A DNA stretch of 64,000 bases from Wickerhamiella versatilis (Eukaryota), in assembly GCA_030867685.1 (NCBI GenBank), contig JAQOWU010000007.1, positions 868,001-932,000 of the forward strand, read 5' to 3'. Shown piece by piece: positions 53,215-61,795 of the stretch (its first letter is position 1; every line of letters begins with the position of its first letter). A model generated the notes under the pieces. That model did no database searches, had not been told where the DNA came from, and was given only the letters and a program-made list of their open reading frames with translations. A program made the position numbers and the translations under genes.

Positions 53215-55587
53215 ATGGTCACAGTAGCAGCCGCTCAGGCTACCCAGACAGCTCTGGACCAAGTATCTAGGGGATACCAATCCCCAACCTATCTGGAGGA
53301 GTCTAACTCTGGAGAAAACAACAGACTCTCGCAAATTAGCATGGCATCTTCAACTAATAGTAAACGGGCCAAGGCACAGATTGGGCCCTGGCAGCTGGGA
53401 AAGACATTGGGTCGAGGTTCTTCCGGAAGGGTTCGACTTGCAAAGCATGCAGACTCTGGACAGCTTGCGGCAGTCAAGATTGTTCCGAAGACTGCACCTA
53501 ATGAGCTATCAGGCGTACCTTATGGAATTGAGCGTGAGGTTATCATAATGAAATTGCTAGAGCACCCAAATGTAATGAGGCTTTATGATGTGTGGGAGAA
53601 TAAGGGTGAATTGTATTTGGTATTGGAATACGTCGAGGGAGGTGAATTATTTGACTATCTAATTAGCCGGGGACGCCTGAGTGAGCGTGAGGCTGTCCAT
53701 TATTTCCGGCAAATCTGCTATGGTATAGACTATTGCCATCAATTTAATATCTGCCACCGCGATCTTAAACCGGAGAACCTGTTATTGGATAAGAAGCGGA
53801 ACATTAAGATCGCAGACTTTGGAATGGCAGCATTGGAAACAGCAGAAAGAATGTTGGAGACAAGCTGTGGTTCGCCACACTACGCGTCACCTGAAATTGT
53901 AGCCGGCAAGAACTATCATGGAGCCCCCTCAGACATTTGGAGTTGTGGCATTATTCTATTCGCATTATTGACAGGCCACTTGCCCTTCGATGATGATAAT
54001 ATTCGACAGCTGCTCTTGAAGGTTCAATCTGGCCGCTATAATCTACCCCACTCCCTCAGCCTCGAGGCTCGGGATCTAATTAGTCGAATGCTTGTTGTGA
54101 ACCCTGAAGATCGTTTGGCCATGAGAGATATCTTTGCGCATCCCCTATTAATGAAATACCCACCGAAATTGGTGCCCAAAGAAAATCGCATGAAGAAGCG
54201 GGTTGACGCTGACCATCCAGTGAGATCTCGGGCGGATATAGACAAGGAACTGCTGCGTAACTTGGAAACGTTATGGCATCATGAGCCAAAGCAGAAAATT
54301 GTCCAGCGGCTTCTAGATGATAGCCCTAATGCTGAGAAAACATTTTACTGCCTGCTCCAACAGTTTCGTGACAAGCATTCCCCCTCGCCACCGCGATCAA
54401 GCTCGTATAAGAAGTTTAAGCGCAGCACGTCACGCTTCTCGGTTAGCAGTGTTGCCTCTAGTAGACACCGCGATCGTGTGGTCATCCCCCGACCTCTTCC
54501 AAAAGTACAGGCCCCATCGGAGAAGTCCAGGTCCCCGTCCCCACAAGAAGCTGATTCTTCGCGTCCCGAGGAACAGTCAGAAGTGCATCAATTCGCTGAT
54601 ATTATCGACCAGGCATTCAATGATTCGAAACCGCAGCTTGACACGAAGACTGTTCAGGACCATGCATTCTTGCTACCAATGATTTTTGAGGAGGATAGGT
54701 TTGCCGACGCTTCAGATGATGAGGAGGTTGAAACGCGCGAAACGGAAGCGTCAAAGGTTACACAGCCGCCTTCGCGTCTACAAATATCCAACCTTGTTCA
54801 AGGCGAGAGTTTCTACTCTTACCGTCCTCCATCTACTGCAGCAAATGTGGCTCCCCCTACCCGTCCGGCCCCACCTGCACCAATGCCGTCAAAGCCACTT
54901 GTTGATCGTGTCCGAAGAAAACCGCTTGCAGCTACTCCAACGCCAGAACCGGTGCCAGCACCAAATGCCGCGTCAACATCGGCTCCCCCTAAGACACCAA
55001 CTGTCGCCCGGGCACCATCAAAACCGCCTGTTGGCAGAAACGCGCATGTGTCGCAACCAAGTGTTTCTGCCGCTCCAAAGCCCCCTGTACAACCTGCACG
55101 CCAGCCGCTCTCAGCGCGGGATCCAAATATCGAGCAACCAAAGAAGAAGACGAGCTGGTTGCGTCGGTTTACACCTCTAAGGATCGGTTCTGATTCGACA
55201 ACCTCTTCTTCGGCACGCCGTGAAGAGCCTCATCAGAATTGGTTCATGAAGTTATTCACACAGGACACTGAGGCGCCAACCACGCATACGATTCGTAGCT
55301 CGCTACCCCCTGTAAAACTTAAGCAAACATTGCAGGAAATCATGACGGAGTGGCGCGTTTACGGACTGGTATATCGTGGTGTCGACGGCTCGGGGGCACT
55401 TCGAGCATCTATCCACAGGCGTAACACGCTTAAGCTGGGATCGTCGAAACTCAGAATTGTGGTGGATACAGTGTCTAATGGTTCGCAGGCAACTATTTGG
55501 CATGAGAAAGGGTCACGCTCAGCTTTTAATCGATTTACTGCTGCACTTGAGCGACGACTCAGTGAGAGCGGTATGCTAATATTTTGA
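53215..55587 (+). CDS. HSL1: Nim1-family septin-associated kinase (Hsl1-like)
   Basis: IGPWQLGKTLGRGSSGRVRLAK, PYGIEREVIIMKL, HRDLKPEN, GHLPFDDDNIRQLLLKVQSG; C-terminal KA1-like region. Confidence 0.82.
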   Translation: MVTVAAAQATQTALDQVSRGYQSPTYLEESNSGENNRLSQISMASSTNSKRAKAQIGPWQLGKTLGRGSSGRVRLAKHADSGQLAAVKIVPKTAPNELSGVPYGIEREVIIMKLLEHPNVMRLYDVWENKGELYLVLEYVEGGELFDYLISRGRLSEREAVHYFRQICYGIDYCHQFNICHRDLKPENLLLDKKRNIKIADFGMAALETAERMLETSCGSPHYASPEIVAGKNYHGAPSDIWSCGIILFALLTGHLPFDDDNIRQLLLKVQSGRYNLPHSLSLEARDLISRMLVVNPEDRLAMRDIFAHPLLMKYPPKLVPKENRMKKRVDADHPVRSRADIDKELLRNLETLWHHEPKQKIVQRLLDDSPNAEKTFYCLLQQFRDKHSPSPPRSSSYKKFKRSTSRFSVSSVASSRHRDRVVIPRPLPKVQAPSEKSRSPSPQEADSSRPEEQSEVHQFADIIDQAFNDSKPQLDTKTVQDHAFLLPMIFEEDRFADASDDEEVETRETEASKVTQPPSRLQISNLVQGESFYSYRPPSTAANVAPPTRPAPPAPMPSKPLVDRVRRKPLAATPTPEPVPAPNAASTSAPPKTPTVARAPSKPPVGRNAHVSQPSVSAAPKPPVQPARQPLSARDPNIEQPKKKTSWLRRFTPLRIGSDSTTSSSARREEPHQNWFMKLFTQDTEAPTTHTIRSSLPPVKLKQTLQEIMTEWRVYGLVYRGVDGSGALRASIHRRNTLKLGSSKLRIVVDTVSNGSQATIWHEKGSRSAFNRFTAALERRLSESGMLIF

Positions 55588-55765
55588 GCGAGAACACTTA
55601 TTCTAGTAACGTACAAAATTATTGTTTCCTGCATATTAAGTACTTTTATATAGTCTTTCGAATTCTTAATTTAGATTGTGACAGTCGTGTTTGATTTTAA
55701 TACACACGACTATGTTTTTACATGTGTTCGCTCGACGACGGAGCACACGTAGCTGACTAAAATCA

Positions 55766-56638
55766 ATGGGGAGCAGACGACCGAAAGAGGTCGACTACCT
55801 CCGAGTATATCCAGGTTTGAATGATCTGGGTGACGCACTCGAGGCTCTTCCCGTAGAGCTTGTTCAATATATTACGATGTTTAAGGAAATTGACGCCAAA
55901 AATTATGATGGCCCGGCGAAGCTTGAGGAAGATATCCATATGTTTCTCGAGGAGCACAACCAGGGTCATACACATTCAGAGCAGCTTACAGGGATCAGAG
56001 ACCAACTTGTAGATCTTCTTCCCTGCCTAGAGGAGAAAATGAGAGTAGCGGGACTGGCTGCTGATGCTATGTCTCGACACATTGATCGACTGGACGCCGA
56101 CTTCACAATGATATGTGATAACGAAATCCCAGCGAATGTGCAGAAAAACCTCGATGACCCTGCATTCATGCAACCAGCTGCCCCCGACAAGGGGCCCAAC
56201 CATCATAGATCTAATGCGCGGCGTGAGGCAATTGCTGCTAAGCGAGCAGCAGTAGCGGCGAGCAATACTGCCACTGCATCAGAAGTGTCTCGTTCTTCAA
56301 CTCCTACTGGTCGTGGCCGTGGTCGAAGGGCTGCAACGCCGCAGGTCCCACCACCGGCAGCACCAACTGAGACAGAGGAGCCCGAGCCTAAGCGTAGGCA
56401 TGTTGAACGTCAAGAACAGGAAAATGAGGAAAAAGGGCCTGTGCAGCTTCCATCAAGGCGGTCAAAAGGCGAACCGGTCTACTGCTACTGTGGTAAAGGC
56501 TCATTTGGAGATATGGTGGGATGTGATGGTTCCGACTGCAAGCGTGAGTGGTTCCATCTAGGGTGCATTGGGCTCAGTGCCCCTCCAAAAGGTCAGTGGT
56601 TTTGTGAGGAATGTCAAGCTAAACTTAGAAGACGGTAA
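55766..56638 (+). CDS. PHO23: ING-family PHD protein, Rpd3L subunit
   Basis: YPGLNDL.DALEALP...EIDAK; PHD finger EPVYCYC...MVGCDG..C.REWFHL.C. Confidence 0.88.
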   Translation: MGSRRPKEVDYLRVYPGLNDLGDALEALPVELVQYITMFKEIDAKNYDGPAKLEEDIHMFLEEHNQGHTHSEQLTGIRDQLVDLLPCLEEKMRVAGLAADAMSRHIDRLDADFTMICDNEIPANVQKNLDDPAFMQPAAPDKGPNHHRSNARREAIAAKRAAVAASNTATASEVSRSSTPTGRGRGRRAATPQVPPPAAPTETEEPEPKRRHVERQEQENEEKGPVQLPSRRSKGEPVYCYCGKGSFGDMVGCDGSDCKREWFHLGCIGLSAPPKGQWFCEECQAKLRRR

Positions 56639-56845
56639 GGGTCCTGATATGTGTACTTCTAGCTATTTTGACGTTACACGTTATCTTGGAATATTTCCCG
56701 TAAAAATATTATATCTGGATTATTTTTAACTTAAAAAAAGGAGAGAATCGATTCTTGCATAGATTATGCATTGCAACAGTTTACTGTTTCAACACATTTT
56801 GTGATCCCTGACTAACGTAACGTGTTGAGCTTCTAAAAATCGCAG

Positions 56846-57502
56846 ATGGAACCTGCCGAGTTCCAGATTGTTATCATAGGAGGTGGTGGCGTGGGTAAAA
56901 GTGCGCTCACCGTACAATTTATACAGGGTCATTTTATAGATGAGTATGATCCCACCATCGAAGATAGTTACCGCAAGGATGTAACCTTAGATGGAAAGCC
57001 TATAACCCTGGACGTGCTGGATACCGCAGGTCAGGAGGAGTATTCGGCAATGAGGGAACAATATGTGAGGTCTGGTCAAGGCTTTTTGCTTGTCTATAGT
57101 GTTGATTCTCGTGACTCGTTCAATGAGGTAGAAGCGTTCTATCAACAAATCCTACGCGCCAAGGACGTCGAATCTTTTCCCGTAGTACTCGTTGCTAACA
57201 AATCTGACCTAAAACAGCAAAGGGCCGTGCCAACTAGTGAGGGTCGAAGCCTTGCGAATACGTGGGGCTGTCCTTTTCTCGAAACCAGCGCGAAAGAGAG
57301 AGTGAATGTGAATGAAAGCTTTATGGCACTTGCAAGAGCTGTAGTTAAGTACGATACGGCCCAGAAGCAGAATCGTAAGAACTCAACTGTGTCTGCAAGA
57401 CCGGGCGCTCCGACAAGAAATTCTACACTCTTATCACAACGAGGTACTGCAACAGATACACAAGAGAAAGACTCGGGTGGATGCTGCTGTACTATATCCT
57501 GA
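56846..57502 (+). CDS. RAS1: Ras GTPase
   Basis: GGGGVGKSALT, YDPTIEDSY, DTAGQEEY, NKSD, ETSAK, CaaX box CTIS with upstream cysteines. Confidence 0.93.
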   Translation: MEPAEFQIVIIGGGGVGKSALTVQFIQGHFIDEYDPTIEDSYRKDVTLDGKPITLDVLDTAGQEEYSAMREQYVRSGQGFLLVYSVDSRDSFNEVEAFYQQILRAKDVESFPVVLVANKSDLKQQRAVPTSEGRSLANTWGCPFLETSAKERVNVNESFMALARAVVKYDTAQKQNRKNSTVSARPGAPTRNSTLLSQRGTATDTQEKDSGGCCCTIS

Positions 57503-57655
57503 TATTTTTTGTCACCCCACTCAACTAACGAGTACCTACTTATATTTTACTCCTTATCCGTCACAGGGTTGATACGACACATCCTGCTTTAAAGAAACAT
57601 AACTATGGCCTCAACCGGGGTTGAATCTTATTGTCACATAATTTTAAACTTATGT

Positions 57656-57979
57656 TCAATTAATAAAGTGATATCCGATGAAATGAAGTATGAGGGACCC
57701 AAACACAAAGTCTGCAAAGGCACGGCCCTTAGATACTTGGGTGAACTCGCCTGCATTCGCGGGAGATAACTGCATTCTCAAGGCGCCAAGAAGCACGAAC
57801 TGTGCAACTGCAGAGCCAAAGGCAGAGAGAAATGCATTGAAGGGGAAATTCCCGACAAGGATACAAAATGCAAATTCCACGACTCCGACAAAAACAAGAA
57901 ATGCCATGAAGGCGTCTATAAGCTTGAGTTGCGGGGGCGCCTCGCGATGCTGAGCCAGAAGGCTGTTAGCAATATCCAT
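57656..57979 (-). CDS. OST2: oligosaccharyltransferase subunit (DAD1 family)
   Basis: LKLIDAF...GNFPFNAFLS...QFVL...RAFADF...HFIN. Confidence 0.95.
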   Translation of the reverse strand: MDIANSLLAQHREAPPQLKLIDAFMAFLVFVGVVEFAFCILVGNFPFNAFLSAFGSAVAQFVLLGALRMQLSPANAGEFTQVSKGRAFADFVFGSLILHFIGYHFIN

Positions 57980-58118
57980 TTATTGCCAGCTTGGTGAAGT
58001 GCCAGTGTTATATAATCAGTCGTTGCACCGGGGAACATTTACATATACAAATCTACATTGATGTGGCTATGTGTGTGTGACACGTATCTTCGTTAAATTT
58101 ACAACAATAAATTAATAT

Positions 58119-59279
58119 TTAAGGCCTCTCAACGACAATGCTTTCTTCTATCTGAGGCTGTACCAATTCCCCTTTCTCTCGGCGTAGACTTATATCGGCC
58201 CGCCCAACCACTATACTGTCGTCGTTCACTTTAGGCGATTCACAAACAACGTAATCGTCCTCATCCTCAGAGACTGATTCGAAGTCTGCTGGACGTGATG
58301 GTGGTGCACCAGCATGAACTGTGATCGCGCGACTCTTTGTCTCAACCGCCTCAAGAGCTTCTTTCCATTCCTTGAAGTCTTCAATCGATTTGAGCAAGAA
58401 TCCTGCAAGCATAGATGGATCTGTAGAACCAAAATCCACCGCATTGAGCTGTTGCGCATGGACACTGGAAAACAATTCATTCTTATTCGTGTCCGTGTTC
58501 AAGGCTGCATGTGAAACGTGAGGATCGTGGTAGAGTAGTCGGTCGTTTTGACAACCATAGAAATAAAGCGATGAGCTCTCGGAACCACCTGCAATACCAA
58601 CAGACTGTGGAAGCTGCAATAGCCTACGTAAACCATCATAGTAAACTGGGTTCACTTGAGATATTCCAAGTCGCAGGCCGCAGAGAACAAGTACTGGGGT
58701 ATTTTGAAGCAGCTCTATAAGTGGCTCCTCATATACATCCTGGCCTTCACTTATGTAGACGGCAACATCGTTACCATCCAGCGTCAAGGCTCTAATACAC
58801 CTCGCAACCGCTGAGGGTCCAAACCATTCACCAGGGCGCTTTCCAAATTTACTTCCTGTCAAGACAAATTTATGTATGCTGTATTGCGCGTCAGGTTCAT
58901 CAGAAAACTTCCGAATCAACTCCAATTCCTTTGAAGAACGAGGTTCAATTGCAGATAGTTTCTTTAATGTATTTGCAAGAAGGCTCTGGCCCGTTCGTAT
59001 CATGCAGCCCCACCCAACATCAGAGTGGAAGCATTCAAGGTCTATGTTCCCTGTTTGCACAAAACTGCGCAAAGTGAGTGGACTGGGACCCTGGGGATCG
59101 CGGGGAATTGGGACAAATCCCGTGCGGTACCGCAAATATATCAGGCCATCTACATCTCGAATAAAGTCACTCGGCCATTCATTGACCTGTCCACACTCGT
59201 AGCGTCTGCCCAACATCCATATTTCTCCCTCTTGCACTGGAGGTGGCGCACCTATAAGTGCCCGCACAGACGCTAGCAT
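58119..59279 (-). CDS. ATG4: autophagy cysteine protease
   Basis: YRTGF.PI, SDVGWGCMIRTGQSLLAN, PGEWFGPS, GIAGG, DPH, DPSM. Start uncertain (other ATGs up to 59333). Confidence 0.92.
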   Translation of the reverse strand: MLASVRALIGAPPPVQEGEIWMLGRRYECGQVNEWPSDFIRDVDGLIYLRYRTGFVPIPRDPQGPSPLTLRSFVQTGNIDLECFHSDVGWGCMIRTGQSLLANTLKKLSAIEPRSSKELELIRKFSDEPDAQYSIHKFVLTGSKFGKRPGEWFGPSAVARCIRALTLDGNDVAVYISEGQDVYEEPLIELLQNTPVLVLCGLRLGISQVNPVYYDGLRRLLQLPQSVGIAGGSESSSLYFYGCQNDRLLYHDPHVSHAALNTDTNKNELFSSVHAQQLNAVDFGSTDPSMLAGFLLKSIEDFKEWKEALEAVETKSRAITVHAGAPPSRPADFESVSEDEDDYVVCESPKVNDDSIVVGRADISLRREKGELVQPQIEESIVVERP

Positions 59280-59614
59280 GAGTAAGCTCGATAGGCTCTG
59301 CACATGGTACATATATATGTTCATATGCACCATAGCTTCTTCCAATTAATAGTCATTGGAGCAGGAGTAGTGACTAGTAAATAAGGTTGAGTGGGATGGG
59401 ATGCAAATCCCATCTCCAAAAAATGTATTTAAAATGATGGATATATCGTGGTTAATGTAAAACTTAGGCATTACAGGTCCTCAAAGCAGCATATTCATCT
59501 TATTTACGAGATATATATATGAAATCTCGTATACTACTAGCTTAGGGTCATTAAAAAAAAAGAGAAAGCACTTACCTGGCCAGACGGTGCAATACCAGAG
59601 AATAAAGCCAAGCT

Positions 59615-59869
59615 TCACAATCTCGCCCTTAATCCTCGCAGGCCTAACTGCCATTGAAGGCTAAGTTGCACCGGTCGTGGGATATCCTTGATGAATTCAC
59701 CGACTATCAATCGATACTCTCGAACATTTTGGGCTCGAAAATAAGCGTACTGTTCGGAATCCCGTACTGTTTCCTCAAGCAACCTTCTTGAGCTCAGAAA
59801 TTGTCTCATATGATTTGCAAGAATTTCTATAGCTGCTTTCCTGTGATTCGGCAATATAACAGTCTCCAT
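59615..59869 (-). CDS. 84-aa orphan ORF of unknown function
   Basis: ATG-initiated ORF filling the gap between ATG4 and SQS1; no recognised domain. Confidence 0.45.
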   Translation of the reverse strand: METVILPNHRKAAIEILANHMRQFLSSRRLLEETVRDSEQYAYFRAQNVREYRLIVGEFIKDIPRPVQLSLQWQLGLRGLRARL

Positions 59870-59958
59870 TGAATGAATTCAGAGTACTGATTTGGGCATA
59901 TAGCCCCACGAATATTTCCGAATCCAGTTCGCTGCTGAGCTAAGGTAAATTGATTCAC

Positions 59959-61662
59959 ATGGGAAATAAGGGCAAAAGGGGCAAACGAGGACAATCATAC
60001 AACGGATCCAGAAGCTCTAAGGGCCCTAAGCGGTCACAAGGCCGGCAGAATCAAAGAGGAGGTAAGCGGGGAGCGGCTGGAGGTATTGGAGCCAATCAGT
60101 CACCCCGTGCCTTCGGAAATAAAATGATGACCGGGCGGCGGAAAATACGAGAGGGTGGAATAGCTTTGAGGTACCAACCCGTTATTTTCCATCGAGCTGA
60201 TGATTATGATCCAAAACATCTTAGTGACGTTATGGTCAAGGATACCACTCAAAAGAGAGAAGACAGTGAATCGCCCTCCCACAACGAAGAAGTTACATCC
60301 AATACATATCAGAACGAGAATGCAGACATTCCTCAAAAGGCTGTATTAGAGCTCACAATTGACACCGAGCCACCATTGGAGACTGGGCAAATTCCTGAAA
60401 ATGTCTTGCAGGATGACATGACCCCTGGAGCTGAAATGGAGACTGAAGATGCTGATGCTGAATTTTCAGACACAAGTAAAATACAGGAAAATGTTGATGC
60501 ACCAGGCAACGAAATTTCTGAAAGTGATGTCTCCAACAATGAACTAGAGCTCGAGGAATCCAGAATACAGGATGATGTTATGGCCGTTGAAACAAGAACA
60601 GAGACTGAGGATGAAGCTACAGAATATTTTTCCCCGAATGAACCACAACAAAACGTTGAGATATTAGATAAAGAGGTTGAATCGCTGTCTGAAAGTGATG
60701 CTTCAAACAATGAACTAGATCTTGAGGGATCTGAAAAAGGAGATGTCAATGCCACGCAAATTTCAGGAGAACGGAATCCAGCCACATCTACGTCTGAGGA
60801 AGAAATGGATTTCGATGAGAATGAACGTTGGTGGGGTGGAGACCAGGAGGACGAGGAGGATCAAATGTCCGATCTTGACGATGAGCAGATATACGCGTTG
60901 GCACGAATGTCTGATAATCTCGATAACTTCGATCCCATTGAATATGATGATGGCGAAGATGATGAGCTCGATTTTGATGAGGTGATGGACGAACTTTTGA
61001 ATGGTGATGGCCTGCCACGAGGGTCCGGTGATCCATTAAAAAAGAAACCGAAAGAGAAGACTTTGACTCGCCGTCAGAAAGCTCGCAAAGAGGCTCGGGA
61101 CGAAGCTAGGGCTAAGAGTAATTTTGGTCGTGATCCAGAATTATGGCAGAAATATCCCGAAGTTATCACTGTGCGGGATGTTCTAAACGAAATAAGGTTG
61201 TTCGTAGCCACTCCTGAGCCGCAACAGATTCGGTTCCCTCCACTCGATTCAAACGCTAATTGGTATGTGAAGCAAATAGCAGGGTTACATGGTCTGGCGA
61301 CTTCGTCCCAAGGCTCTGGCAAACAGAAAACCGTTCTTTGTGCACGGACGGTCCGCACAGGCCCTGCAAGGGATCTCAGTTTACTCCGTAAACTAACCAC
61401 CAGACGTTCGACATTCATGCGCTCAGATAAACGTGACTCGGGCAATCGAAAGGAGAAAAAAGGTGGGAAAAAGAAAATACGTGATGGCCATGTGGTCGGC
61501 CAAGAGGCAGCCCCTGTCTCCCAAGAAAATTTTGGCCACCGTTTGATGACCCGCATGGGCTGGACCCAAGGATCAGGACTCGGTAGGGTCGGTGCCGGTA
61601 TCACGCACCCTATATCTGCTACAGTTAAACTCACAAAAAGAGGTCTGGGTGACAACAGCTAA
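59959..61662 (+). CDS. SQS1: G-patch/R3H protein
   Basis: LRYQPVIF N-terminal motif, R3H-like FPPLD...G.GK, C-terminal G-patch NFGHRLMTRMGWTQGSGLG...KRGLG. Confidence 0.88.
   Translation: MGNKGKRGKRGQSYNGSRSSKGPKRSQGRQNQRGGKRGAAGGIGANQSPRAFGNKMMTGRRKIREGGIALRYQPVIFHRADDYDPKHLSDVMVKDTTQKREDSESPSHNEEVTSNTYQNENADIPQKAVLELTIDTEPPLETGQIPENVLQDDMTPGAEMETEDADAEFSDTSKIQENVDAPGNEISESDVSNNELELEESRIQDDVMAVETRTETEDEATEYFSPNEPQQNVEILDKEVESLSESDASNNELDLEGSEKGDVNATQISGERNPATSTSEEEMDFDENERWWGGDQEDEEDQMSDLDDEQIYALARMSDNLDNFDPIEYDDGEDDELDFDEVMDELLNGDGLPRGSGDPLKKKPKEKTLTRRQKARKEARDEARAKSNFGRDPELWQKYPEVITVRDVLNEIRLFVATPEPQQIRFPPLDSNANWYVKQIAGLHGLATSSQGSGKQKTVLCARTVRTGPARDLSLLRKLTTRRSTFMRSDKRDSGNRKEKKGGKKKIRDGHVVGQEAAPVSQENFGHRLMTRMGWTQGSGLGRVGAGITHPISATVKLTKRGLGDNS
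60400..60730 (+). repeat. degenerate internal tandem duplication (about 53-57 codons) in the SQS1 acidic region; boundaries approximate
   Basis: tctgaaagtgatgtctccaacaatgaactagag at 60517 vs tctgaaagtgatgcttcaaacaatgaactagat at 60688; QDD...ETED occurs twice. Confidence 0.7.
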
Positions 61663-61795
61663 CTACTACTTGTTCAGTAAGGCCTTTATATGCATAATAG
61701 TTGTATTTAAGAATACTTGTAACGATCTTACCAGTAATCAGTAATTTCTACGTCACTTGACGAAAATGTTAACTTTAAATATGCTAACGAAGGGC

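Noticed and set aside
56635-56845. Possible intron from GTAAGG at the PHO23 stop to the CAG before the RAS ATG, with branch-like GACTAAC at 56810
   Set aside because: The fusion would be out of frame, the donor is weak and an AG lies between branch and acceptor; the motif fits the TGACTAA promoter element better
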